From the NCBI GenBank assembly GCA_964016885.1, contig OZ024742.1, forward strand, positions 194,246,001-194,310,000: a stretch of DNA of 64,000 bases, written 5' to 3'. The position numbers and the translations under genes are program-made. Of this stretch, positions 1 through 14,032 are shown in pieces (position 1 is the first letter of the stretch; every line of letters starts with the position of its first letter). Below the pieces are notes generated by a model. It worked only from the letters and a program-made list of their open reading frames with translations. It did not search any database and was not told where the DNA came from. The stretch is from Eledone cirrhosa. Taxonomy: Eukaryota.

Positions 1-861
1 ATCGAGTACTCTGGTGCCTTATGGTCCACTTGGTTCCTTACCACACTTCCTTCGTCTTATATATAATGTGTGTAAAAGGTAAAGAGAAATAACAATCAAT
101 CGATAGTGTAAGTTATACTTCGGTTTAACGCTTAAGATAACAGGAAATAATTTTAAATGATATAGAATGAGAAGAGAAATTGGCGGGAAAAGAAATGAGA
201 AAATGGGGAAATAAAATACACGTGCGTTTTCAGTCAGCCAGTTTGGAAATATGCTGGTCAAGGTGTATCTTACACGTTAGGAAGGGAGGCTGTCCGTCTA
301 TATTTAGGATGGGCATGTGTGTATGAAACAGAAAGATAAAGAAGAACGGAATGTGTTTTAGAAAAAGCACGTCTCTTTTCTAACAGATATTTTGGGGAAA
401 ATTATTCTCTGGGTATCTGATGTGATAGAGTGGTTTATAAAATCAGATAACCATTGTATGTTTTGAGTGTGTCCGTGCGTGCATGTCTGTGTACGCGTAG
501 GTTTGTTCATTTGTCTGTACAAATGTGTGAAGGATGGGCGTGTAAACTGACAACTGCAAAGAAGTATACAAATATGTATGTGCATTTCTTCATACATATA
601 CATACAATTATGGGCAGAAACATTCGCAAGCGGCTCTAGTGAAATAGCGAATAGAATTGAAGGTTGTTTTAAGGCCATAAGAAAAATACATGTTTGTTTT
701 CAGGTATGGTATATAACGGTACAACCGCAAACGGCTGAACTGTGAACTGTATGTGTATATACAAGAGTGTGCATGGAAAGCAACATTTTGCGAATTGTTT
801 AAGAAGAGTTATGCGACATGCTGTGAAATGTCAATCCTGTGGTTGTGATTTTGGCTGAAAG

Positions 862-1265
862 AATGAGAAGCACTATTTTTTCGACATTTTCTTTCCGAGT
901 TTAAATCACGCTGTGGTGAATTTTGCATTTAATCATTTCATGGTAGAGAAAATAAAGTAGTAGATAAGCACTAGGGTCGATACCAGTGACTTTATCCCGC
1001 CCCCCTCAAGCTTTTGGTCTTGATCCTAAATTAGAAAGGATTATTATAGCGAGGTGGGTAGACAGTATTGTTAGCACGTCCTACAAAATATTTAGAACTA
1101 TTTAGTTACGACTACTTTCTGTCTTCAAATCTCCCGAGATAAACTTTGCTTTTCATTCTTAATGAGTCGATAAAGTAAAGTACCAGTAACGCACTAGAGT
1201 AGATTTAATCGAAAACAGCCCCAAATAAAAATGTTGCCCTTTTGCCTAATTCAGAAACCATTATA
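862..1265 (+). mobile_element. two adjacent diverged copies of tRNA-derived SINE family A
   Basis: Degenerate matches to the in-window SINE core (gagttcaaatc..actttgcctttcatcc..gataaaataaagtaccag) near 895-975 and 1122-1195. Confidence 0.6.
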
Positions 1266-1789
1266 AACGGCAAAGTGTACTTTTTTAAAATAAAGATAAA
1301 TATTTTAAAAGTTAAACGAAACTGTTTATTAAAGTATGTCTACTTTTTTAGGCATAAAAGCCGAAATAAAGAAAAAACATTAACAACGAATTTCACGTAA
1401 CTTTTAAAAGGCAGAAATCGAAGTTTGACTTGGAGTAAAGTCACTTAAATTGGATGAGAAAACCTGACATTCCGAAGAGACTTTCTTAATAATATGCTTA
1501 CATCGAAAGTAAATCTCTTGGGAATAATCAGAAATAGATTTACGTGACAATGCCACGTAAGACTGATCATTTAAGACTGAGTGGAGGACAACAACAGAGA
1601 ATATATTAAACCTGAGGCGTGTTCATCCATATTAACGTTATTCTACTTCAATATATATGTGTGTGTATGTATCTGGTTGTGTAATTGTCTCTATGTGCGC
1701 CGATAAGTACACATATGTGCCAGTCAGTGCAGAATTTATTCTTGTAGATGGATAATATGCATTTCAGTCGCTGTAAATAAATAACCTGC

Positions 1790-3100
<1,311 letters not shown>

Positions 3101-3128
3101 TATATATAAATATACATATATATATATA

Positions 3129-4323
3129 CTAGCATTATAGCCCGGCGTTGCTCGGGGTCAGTAAGTTACCAAAGGTAGGTTGCACCACCCATTTTATGGC
3201 AGCACTTTTTTATCTGCCAGGCACTGGGTGAATGAATTGCAGAACTGGACTGCCGAAGCAGGAGCTGCGCCAGCAGTGACAATTGTAGTTTCGCCAATGG
3301 ATATTATCTCTGTGCAAAGAAGTGTTGAAATTTATTGTTTCACAGTACTTGCGCAACAGGCGCGTAGACGATGCCAGCCGAACAACAGAGATGCGATGGA
3401 ATTGTTCTGCATGGTTATCTAATGTGTGTTTTCTAAATTTTAGACAGTAGAGAGGAGTGTGATATGTGGGAGAGTTAGTTGCTGTTTCTAGCAGGTTTAG
3501 TGACCTCATAGAAGATATGTGTTTTCTAAATGTAAGACACTTGCGAGTGGTGTGATACGGGGGAGAGTTAGCTGCTGTTTCTAGCAGGTTTAGTGACCTT
3601 ATAGAGGATATATTTTCTAGATTTAAGACAGTAGGGAGTGGTGTGATATGGGGGAGTGTTAGCTGTTGTTTCTAGCAGGTTTAGTGACCGTATAGAGGAT
3701 ATGTTTTCTAAATTTAAGACAGTAGGGAGGGGTGTGGTATGGGGGAGAGTTAGCTGCTGTTTCTAGCAGGTTTAGTGACCTCATAGAGTATATTATTGTG
3801 TATAGTAAATAAACTGAAACGTCTTTCTGCCTCGTTCGTTGAGAGGTTTTAAAAATGATTTATCGCTATTTTTTTTGTTGTTAAATAAATTTCTCTGTTG
3901 CTTTTGAATAATTGTTGTTTCGTATAAAATGTAATAAGTTCTCTTTGTCATTAAAGTAAATAAATGTTTGACCGTTCCACACTCAAAAACAAACGTTCTC
4001 TCTCTCCCTCTCACTCTCTTCTCTCTCTCTCTCTTCGGCGTACCTAAAGGAAGTTTGTAAGCATGTATGTAGTTTTATCGAATTTTAAGGGGAGTAGAGA
4101 GAGGTATGTAGATTCTATTAGAGGGGTAAAACGTCATGTATTTAGTTTTATCGATTATTTCCATAATTGTGGGTGAGTTTGAATGAAATAAATAGTCGTT
4201 GACCTAAGTTAGATCATTTACAACATTCTTACAGACGAATTGGTTTGAAATTGTGCAAATGTATAAACATGGAACATGCACACACACAGACACACACAAC
4301 AACAACAATCTGCCTTTTATAGA
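3129..4323 (-). mobile_element. non-autonomous Helitron
   Basis: Minus strand starts A|TCTATAAAAGG and ends with hairpin CCCGAGCAACGCCGGG plus CTAG|T, the canonical TC...CTRR termini at an A-T site. Confidence 0.8.
3424..3790. repeat. about four copies of a ~92-bp tandem repeat inside the Helitron
   Basis: Unit ttttctaaatttaagacagtag...gctgtttctagcaggtttagtgacc recurs near 3430, 3522, 3613 and 3704. Confidence 0.9.
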
Positions 4324-4326
4324 TAA

Positions 4327-5181
4327 CTAGCAGTAATGCCCGGCGTTGCTCGGGGTCGCTCAGTAGCTGTGTTAAAGTTACAATGTTAAGTTTCTTTCTT
4401 GGCTTAAAAACTGTAGTGTCTACTGTGCAGACTTGCATGTGTTGTTTTTGATTAATATTCCCTCAACCAACAATATGCCTTATGAAGTTAAGAAAACATA
4501 ACGATAACACGAATGTTATAACAAAAGAGGATGCTGGGGATAGAAACTGCACTGGTTATTTATTAACAAAGATCGAAAATGTAAACACTGCAACGCAGAG
4601 AAAAACATTAGCGTAACCAAATTATCAGTTATGTCTGTCTGCACGCCTATATCACCTCTCTGCACGACTGTCTGTCTGCACGCCTATATCACCTCTCTGC
4701 ACGACTGTCTGTCTGCACGCCTAACGAAATTTACAGATACATATATTTTATATAAACTTATATAATTTTTGCTTTTTTTTACGAAATATTTGCTTGTTTT
4801 AAGTAGTTTTTAAATAGACTTGTTTTCAAGTAAAAATATTGTTTTAAAAGGCTTGTTTTACGTAGTCTTTAAATCGTGTATTGTGTTAATGTCATTTTAA
4901 ACGCTGAGAAAGCCAGCGTAATTTTTTTAATTTTTGCACGCAGACGCTCAATGTAAAGAGAACAAAGGGAAATAACTGATCAGTTACGCTAAAAAATCGA
5001 TACATTATATTCGATTTCCTCACATAGGGTGGGTCAATTTGAAATGTTTTTTTTTTCCGATGTCTTCGCTAGGGCTCAATGTACAAGCATAGCAATTTCG
5101 GTGCAATTCCGTGAGAGATTCTAAGAGATGTGTGCCAAAAATCGATAGACAGACAGACAACCACAGTTTTATATATATAGA
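4327..5181 (-). mobile_element. non-autonomous Helitron, head-to-tail with the previous one
   Basis: Minus 5' end A|TCTATATATATAAAAC; same 3' hairpin plus CTAG at 4327-4330; internal 37-bp tandem repeat at 4632-4722. Confidence 0.8.
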
Positions 5182-5269
5182 TTGTTTCTACTTTAGGCAC
5201 AAGACCAGCAATTACCCAGTGCATTACTGGTACTTTATTCTATCGACCCCGTAAGGATAAAAGGCAAAA
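5182..5269 (-). mobile_element. 5'-truncated SINE family A
   Basis: Reverse complement of tttgccttttatccttacggggtcgatag...gtgcctaaagtagaaacaa. Confidence 0.85.
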
Positions 5270-5312
<43 letters not shown>

Positions 5313-5719
5313 AAAATGGAACGGGAACAAAACAGAGAGGCAGTACGAACAAAGGTTTATTAGTTTCACGCTCTTGAGAGTGGGTGGGGGGACGTTTTGG
5401 CCACGAGCTCGTCTTCAGGCGAAAAGTATGTGGAAAGAGACTTCCAAGGGTGTGTTGGGGAGTGGGGGAGAGACATTTAGAAAAAAGGGGGTGAGAAGAA
5501 ACGGTGGAAGGGGTACAAATGAAAATAAATATATAAAAATAATAAAAATAAAAATAAACATGAAGATAAACAAGTGGTGGAAGGGTGTGGGCGTGTAGGG
5601 GTGGTGGCGGGAGGAGTGGGGAGAGGGAGCGGAGAGGGCTGAAGGTGGTGTGTGTGTGTAGCTGTACGTGTGTGTGTGTAGGTGTACGTATGTGATACAT
5701 ACATACATATGTACGTATA

Positions 5720-6590
5720 TGGGAAGTGATCTATTTGATATGTCTCATATGAAATCATACAGCCCATTTTCCACACAATACAATATAGTTAGCACCCCGA
5801 ACGTTTATATTAGGAATATACTCAGATATTTCCTAATATTTGTTGAGCGAGTTGGAATTTGGCCGGAGTATCACTATTAGCTTTCTCCGTTCATGTATTT
5901 ATATATTTACTCTTGGTGCAACAGATATGAACTTTCATGATATGAGGTATGACTCTCTTTGTTTATTTTTATATGAATATTGATTGTTTGTTCTTGTATC
6001 TACTTCTGTTATTTTGCCCGAGAAAATATCTATTTGTGTCATTAAGTGAAGCGCACATATGGTTATTTTTTCATATCCAATTGAGTTCTAAGCACGTGGC
6101 TTGAATTCTTATCAGAATTCAGCGACCTGCGCATGTATTGTTTTTGGAGGTAATCTCCTTCCTTCTATTTTCGAGACAGTGTGAGATTTTCTTTAGAACT
6201 GCTGTACTAACAACCTAGCAACTCCATCAAGCAATGATGGTGATTATCGCTAAATATTGATGTTGATTTGGTTAGCAATATTAATATTATTGGGCACCCA
6301 CTGAAGAATTATAAGAGCCCACTTGTATAAGTATCTGTTAATCTTATACAAGCTTCTACATAAATTGATGTATTTTCACCCAACTTATAGAAATCTTATA
6401 GTGAAACGAGACGTCTGGGAAGTGATATATTTGATATATCTCATATGAAATGATACAGCCAATTATCCACACAATACAATATAGTTAGCACCCCGAACGT
6501 TTAATTAGGAATATACTCAGATATTTCCTAATGTTTGTTGAGTGAGTTGGAATTTGGCCGGAGTATCGCTATTAGCTTTCTCCGTTTATG

Positions 6591-6598
<8 letters not shown>
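5720..6598 (+). mobile_element. 696-nt non-coding hammerhead element with ~180-nt terminal redundancy (retrozyme or mini-Penelope-like)
   Basis: Direct repeat tgggaagtgat...ctttctccgtt at 5720 and 6416. Hammerhead at 6297-6419 cleaves at the repeat start. No ORF; 3' end runs into (TA)n. Confidence 0.85.
6297..6419 (+). ncRNA. type I hammerhead ribozyme with large multibranched stem II; predicted cleavage at 6415/6416
   Basis: Stem I CCCA/TGGG, core CTGAAGA, stem II ATTATAAGA/TCTTATAGT, GAAA, stem III ACG-aga-CGT, GUC site. Inner hairpins CTTGTATAAG/CTTATACAAG and TACAT/ATGTA. Confidence 0.9.
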
Positions 6599-6647
<49 letters not shown>

Positions 6648-6652
6648 ATATA

Positions 6653-7409
6653 TATATGAAAAAAGTTTGTCCTTCATCAGTGATCTTCCAACTATCATAG
6701 GCATTTCATCGCTTTAAAGACCATATACCTCCGGTTGGTGCGAGCAACGACTAAAAAAAGTCGTTGGGACACGTAAATAAAGGGGACGCGAGGGTAAACA
6801 AACAAAATGGTGATGCACTGCTGCTACACCGTCTTTTTCGTTCTATGTATCTTTACCCTTTCTAGCAGTCTCTCTCTCTGTTAGCCTCTTCCTCACCCTT
6901 CACTCACTCATTCTCTGTCACTACCTCTCCTCCTCCTCTTTCTTCTCGTTTGATCTGTGAGTAATTCTTTTCTCTCACATTCTCAGCCAAGCTGGTCGGA
7001 ATTTTTTCTCTCTCGTCTACGATTTCACAGAACTTATGTTTACCGAATTCGCAGACCAGACCCCTTCTTACTCCCGTTAGACCTGTGCGAAATTCCTTCC
7101 TTGCTCACATTTCAACCAGGTTTGATGGTCTTTATTCTTTCGTTCACGATTTCACCGAACTTAAATTCATAGAAATCTGGGACTTGTCTCCTTCTTCCTC
7201 ACTTTCTGTTGCTTCACCATTTTGTTTGTTTACCCTCGCGTCCCCTTTATTTACGTGTCCCAACGACTTTTTTTAGCCGTTGCTCGCACCAACCGGAGGT
7301 ATATGGTCTTTAAAGCGATGAAATGCCTATGATAGTTGGAAGATCACTGATGAAGGACAAACTTTTTTCATATGTAACCCATTTGCAACTCCGCAGCGCC
7401 CTTATTATC

Positions 7410-7412
<3 letters not shown>
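6653..7412. mobile_element. fold-back element in (TA)n: ~160-bp inverted arms (6653-6813 and 7215-7373) plus ~40-nt tail
   Basis: tgaaaaaagtttgtccttcatcag...caaaatggtga versus tcaccattttg...ctgatgaaggacaaacttttttca. Confidence 0.85.
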
Positions 7413-7447
<35 letters not shown>

Positions 7448-7735
7448 GGTGCCAATTAAGCTTTCCCGTTAAGGTAGTGGATACAATACTTAGCAGCATT
7501 TCCATCTTTCATTTCTCTAGGGTCTGAGTTCAAATAACTGCAAGGCAGACATTGCCTTTCGCTGTTGGTAATATAACAGTCCACTACAGGGGTGGAACAT
7601 TTGTCATCTTTTTGAAGAAAACTGCCCAAGCCAATACACCTCCCAGGGATAAATAGGTGAAGAAGAAGAAAAGATATATATATATACACGTATATACATA
7701 TATATATGTATACATATATATACATACACACACAC

Positions 7736-7818
<83 letters not shown>

Positions 7819-7920
7819 AGTGTATATATGCATGGGTATATATGTGCGTATATGTATATAAGTGTATATATATATATATATATATCTTTTCTTCTTCTTT
7901 ATATATATATATATATATAT

Positions 7921-8026
7921 TTATTAAAATAACAGATTAAAGTTTAAGCAAAGAATCGCTGCTTTCACCCTTAACGGGATCTTCTGAAACTCTTTGGATT
8001 TTGATCTTCAATTTTATTATTATTAC

Positions 8027-8027
<1 letters not shown>
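7921..8027. mobile_element. short two-armed hammerhead element, family C (also 10000-10087, 22245-22278, 23706-23773, 42862-42898, 42931-43135)
   Basis: Shared blocks aaaataacagattaaagtttaagc..gctttcacccttaacggg and ctctttggattttagtcttcaa..ttattattac, each abutting (TA)n. Confidence 0.75.
7941..7991 (-). ncRNA. type I hammerhead-like motif with U4A core
   Basis: Minus strand: AGTTT CAGAAGA t-CCC-gttaa-GGG-t GAAA GCA-gcgattctt-TGC TT AAACT. Stems I and III are also kept in the 23722-23772 copy. Confidence 0.65.
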
Positions 8028-8069
<42 letters not shown>

Positions 8070-8198
8070 ATATGTAAATAAGTATATATGTATATGTATG
8101 TGTATATATATTTACATGTATATGTGAGTATATATATATATGTGTGTGTGGGTGCGTGTGTACGTAAACAGATGTAAATAAATTTACATATATGAATG

Positions 8199-8229
<31 letters not shown>

Positions 8230-8687
8230 AAAAAATATAGAGAGTGAGAGGGAGTGTTTGTGCGTGTGTGTGGTAGGTGACAAATTCCCCAAAGCATAAA
8301 CTATTCATTTATACAAATGGAAATTATAGAAATTATTCATATGTACTTCTGCAAATGTATTCCAAAATTATAACATTTTCGCCTAATCATTGTACTTCCT
8401 GTTTGTCGAATGCCCGCACCACGTCGCAGTTGCTTGCGCGCTATCGTGCCAGAAAGTATAGATCTCCGTCAGTTTTGACGATGAATGTTCCAGTGAATAG
8501 ATCATCCTGCACGTTATAGTATATAAGTGGCTGTGCATTTCACAGACATACGTCTTCTCAGGGAGATTGTCATACTGTCCATGGCATGGCTGATTCCTTG
8601 AATTACAGGTACTATCCAAATACTTTCACTTACATAATTTCACTAAAAGGAACGAATCCACACGCTATAGTAAATGGTATAATAATT

Positions 8688-8772
8688 ATTTCTACATTAG
8701 GCACAAGGCCAGCAATTACCCAGTGTATTACTGGTACTTTATTTTATCGACCCCGTAAGGATGAAAGGCAAA
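8688..8772 (-). mobile_element. 5'-truncated SINE family A
   Basis: tttctacattaggcacaaggccagcaattacccag...ccccgtaaggatgaaaggcaaa. Confidence 0.85.
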
Positions 8773-8889
8773 TGTTTGCGAAATTATCGCCCTACTCATT
8801 TAGCCATGGTGTGTCCACTTCTCATTTGAAGGCACTAACTCACCTCTATTGAAATCGTTATTTTTGTTGTTGGTTAGATTCAGTTTCAG

Positions 8890-9042
8890 CGGCGAATTTT
8901 CAGAGTCGTTCGAAAGTCGGATAGAATGATTTTTGGTATTCGTTCCAGCTCTCTGCTTGCTGAGTTCAAATCCCACCGAGGTCAACTTTGCCTTTCATCC
9001 CTTTGAGGTCGATAAAAAATTACCAGTCTAGTACTGGGTCGA
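8890..9042 (+). mobile_element. SINE family A
   Basis: B-box-like gagttcaaatcc followed by gaggtcaactttgcctttcatcc..gtcgataaaa. Confidence 0.75.
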
Positions 9043-9937
9043 TTCTTCCTCTATACTTCTTTCTCATTTCCACTCTCTCTCAACTTCTGTGTTTCTCTGG
9101 AAGAAATCAGCCGTACGGAGGCCCGGATAGGGGTGGGCTCCGTCTAGCTTAAAGATGCTTAAGGAACGCTGTATACGACGCCCCTACGACTCTATCAGGA
9201 TTTACGGCACCATACATATATACATATTCAATTTATCTCTGCGTAATAAGACCAACATACAACTTTTCATATGATTTAGAAAGGAATAGATTTTCCTATA
9301 CATACCTAGGTTTATAAGGATGGCAATGTGCTGTTTCAAGGAAATTGGCTGTTATTAATAGTCTCTCAAGCTTACCTGTCGAAAGATCCACTTGATCGAT
9401 TGCGTAATAGGTGAATCTTCAATTTTTATTCAATCCTTTTGATTTTAAACAGCCTCGAACTCATTTTGTTAGTGCTTATGTTAATCTTCTAAAACACGTG
9501 CTTCACAATTTTATGTAAAATTATTTAAGTGTTCTAAACACCAGCTTAATACTGGGAAAGTTAATTATATTAATAAGTCCCTCCACATTCTTGATCGTGT
9601 AAACTAAGCTTTTTTCAAAATCTCAGGCAATGTCAGTCATTAGAAAAATGTTAACTAAATGGTCGACAATCTCTTCGTCATAATTTCAGGTAAAAATCTA
9701 TATTAAGTTACGTTACAAACAATGGCTTTATAGCTATATGCCGTCTTTCTTTACAAATATGATAACGAAATAGTTATAAATATATTTATCTAAAAACATT
9801 CCATTGTAATTTTAGGAAAGAAACTTTGTTATGTTACGAACAATCGCTTAATGCAGAAATATTATAAGAAATATTGTGACGAAATAGATAACAGTTCCCA
9901 TCTCTAAAATGTTATTTAATCTTCCGGCTATATGTTG

Positions 9938-10004
<67 letters not shown>

Positions 10005-10082
10005 TCTACGGTTCTTATATATTTGATATATATTTTCCTTATCGAGCCCTCTTTGGATTTTAGTCTTCAATTTTATTATTAT

Positions 10083-10129
<47 letters not shown>

Positions 10130-10759
10130 ACTGAAATAAGGATCATTGGTTATGCTCATCACGAACACAGATTTCCTAACATCTGAGTGTGATAACCATA
10201 CAAGCCAGGTATATTAGACTGTCATTCATAGGAGTGTTTTACCCCGAAATTAAGTTCATAAAATGTAATTACCCGCTTCACCAGTATAATCAAACCCATC
10301 ATCTTGTCTTTTCTTGTACGTATTTCGGATTCTTACTGTTCTATACGCATTGACTTAAAATTCCACCGATGTCGGTTTGTTTTCCTTTCATCCTTTAGTG
10401 GTTCGACGAAATATAACGAGATACTTTGACTGGATTATTAGCGTGTTAGACTAGATGATTTGTGGTAATTGTACTCCTATTCTGAGATCTCATTTCAAAC
10501 TTTACTGTACCTAATTTAGGTGAGGGAATAGAAAGGTATTCTGTCACCTGATATATTGCTGCCACCTGGCCACCGAGTCCACTTTGTTGCAAGCGCTTAG
10601 GCCAGGTCCGTAGTTTGAGGATATTTTCCTTTAAGAAAAGGAGACAATGCTGACCTTATGTAAAGATTTGTAAAGAAACACAACATATTGTGTAGAATAA
10701 GCAACAGAAATTCAGCTGCTACTTATGGTCTGCTTTGAGAGAATTGACTTGCTTATGTT

Positions 10760-10960
10760 TCGGTTATGCGTGTTCCAGTTAATTGATCAATGGAACTGCC
10801 TGTTCGTGAAATTACATTGCAAATCGCTGAGTATTTGAAGGAGAGGTCTATATGTCTATGTATTTCCTAGGGAGATCCAGTATATTAGTGTGTGTGACAA
10901 GGCTGGCCTTGTTATTAACTGGAACAATCCATGTAACGGTTTTCCTTGTAGTTTCTGTCT
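10760..10960 (-). mobile_element. old SINE-like family B (also about 8465-8560 -, 29710-30030 +, 30600-30925 +)
   Basis: Shared degenerate blocks tacgttaagggta..tcagc/tacttgcacgttaatttcacgagcaggctgttcc..actggaac among these loci. Confidence 0.5.
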
Positions 10961-11332
10961 ACATAATTTCAGTCGCAAGGTACGGCTCAACCAGAAGCTA
11001 TTGTAACTAACATTTGCGTCTATAGCCATGTATAATGAGCTATAATATAGCCACAAGGCCAAAGGCAAAGTTGATCATGGCGATATTTGAGGTCAGAAAC
11101 TTAACAGGCTCAACAAATACTGTGAAACGTCGAACATCGAAAGTAATGTCAGAAATATTACTAGAAGCTTCAGTGGACATTATAGATACATTTTAGAAAT
11201 TATAGTGGATAGAGACAGACTGAATGAAGTGCACAGCAGGTATTATAACATTGAAGACTGTTGTCAATCTAGCAGGTAGTTCAAATCTGACATTAACTGA
11301 AAACAAACTTCTTTGCTTCGTTATAACTATGC

Positions 11333-11392
<60 letters not shown>

Positions 11393-11411
11393 CGCACACA
11401 CACGCGCACGC

Positions 11412-11455
<44 letters not shown>

Positions 11456-11817
11456 ACACACACACACACAAACGAAAACAATATTGAAATAGACAGTGGA
11501 TTGGTAGACACCATGTTCGCAGCATAGAGTTACGGTCCTTTACGTTCTGAGTTCACATCCCACCGATGTTAACTTAGCCTTTCATCCTTAAGGGATCGAT
11601 AAAATAAAGCACAAGTAATGCACTGGGGTATTTGCTAACCTTGTGCCAGAAGTAGAAACAAATATTGTAACAGCAGATGGTCTCTATAAATAAATGATTT
11701 AATATTTTGGTTAAATATGGCTACGAGCCAAAAGGAGGATTAGAAGCTGCTACGAATAATCGAACTCTAAATCCCTCGAATTCTAATTAAGTGCGATCTA
11801 CCATTTGTTATCACAAT

Positions 11818-11995
11818 TGGCAGTATCGGTAGAGGGTCAGACACCATGCTTTCCAGACTAGTTATGTCCCTTTACGATCTGAGTTCAAATCCCGCCGAGG
11901 TTGACTTTGCCTTTCATCCTTACGGGGTCGATAAAATAATGTACCAGTAATGCACTGGGTAATTGCTGGCCTTGTGCCTAAAGTAGAAACAGTTA
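11818..11995 (+). mobile_element. near full-length SINE family A (older copy at about 11495-11665)
   Basis: A-box-like tggcagtatcgg, B-box gagttcaaatccc, then core and tail ..gtgcctaaagtagaaac. Confidence 0.85.
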
Positions 11996-12390
11996 TTACA
12001 ATTATTTTTAGCGTTTGGGATTTCATATTATTCAAAGCTGTTTAACGTCTTTACAAGCATATTCATATCCGAAGTTGTTTTTGTAGCTACCTACTTCTAG
12101 CAGAATGTCATCAGAGGAAGCTTAAATTTATATTTCAACCAATGCTTTGAAGAGAAAATATATTTCATTTTTATTTATACAATTTCAACATATCTGTGAT
12201 GGTTCAACAAAGCCTGTTGGTAATCCACTAAGGTTCTTCGGAAAGTTGTCTTAGAAAAGGCTTAGTGAACTCCCGGCTTGCTTTCCTGGAACATCAACTA
12301 TAAGTTGAAAGAAATTGTGTATATGTTGTTTGCATGTTAGCATAACACATCCTGTTTCAACGCAGGTTAAATAGTTAAACAGGTGTGGCA

Positions 12391-12439
<49 letters not shown>

Positions 12440-12609
12440 GTGTGTGTGTGTGCTTTTATGTGTGTACATGTGTGTGTGTATGCTTGCGTATCCATACATA
12501 TATACATACATACATACATATACATTAGCGTGTTTGTGTGGTTATGAATATCACTTTCCAACTATGTGGTTTCGGCTTAAATTCTTAATTCTGCGATGAA
12601 GCTCTCTGC

Positions 12610-13476
<867 letters not shown>

Positions 13477-13496
13477 GTATATATATATATATATAC

Positions 13497-13577
<81 letters not shown>

Positions 13578-13584
13578 CGTATAT

Positions 13585-14015
13585 ATATGTCTATATACGT
13601 ATATATATATATGTCTATATACGTATATATATATATGTCTATATACGTATATATATATATGTCTATATACGTATATATATGTCTATATACGTATATATAT
13701 ATGTCTATATACGTATATATATATATGTCTATATAAGTATATATATATATATATGTCTATATACGTATATATATATATGTCTATATAAGTATATATATAT
13801 ATATATATGTCTATATACGTATATATATATATATGTCTATATACGTATATATATATATATATGTCTATATACGTATATATATATGCCTATATACGTATAT
13901 ATATATATGTCTATATACGTATATATATATATGTCTATATACGTATATATATATATGTCTATATTCGTATATAAATATATGTCTATATACGTATATAAAT
14001 ATATGTCTATATACA
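13585..14015. repeat. ~22-28-bp minisatellite (atatgtctatatacgtatatat)n evolved within (TA)n
   Basis: Read directly. Confidence 0.9.
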
Positions 14016-14032
14016 TATATCTCTCTATCTAT

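Noticed and set aside
11818-11900. tRNA gene
   Set aside because: A/B-box-like motifs belong to the SINE head; no cloverleaf could be folded.
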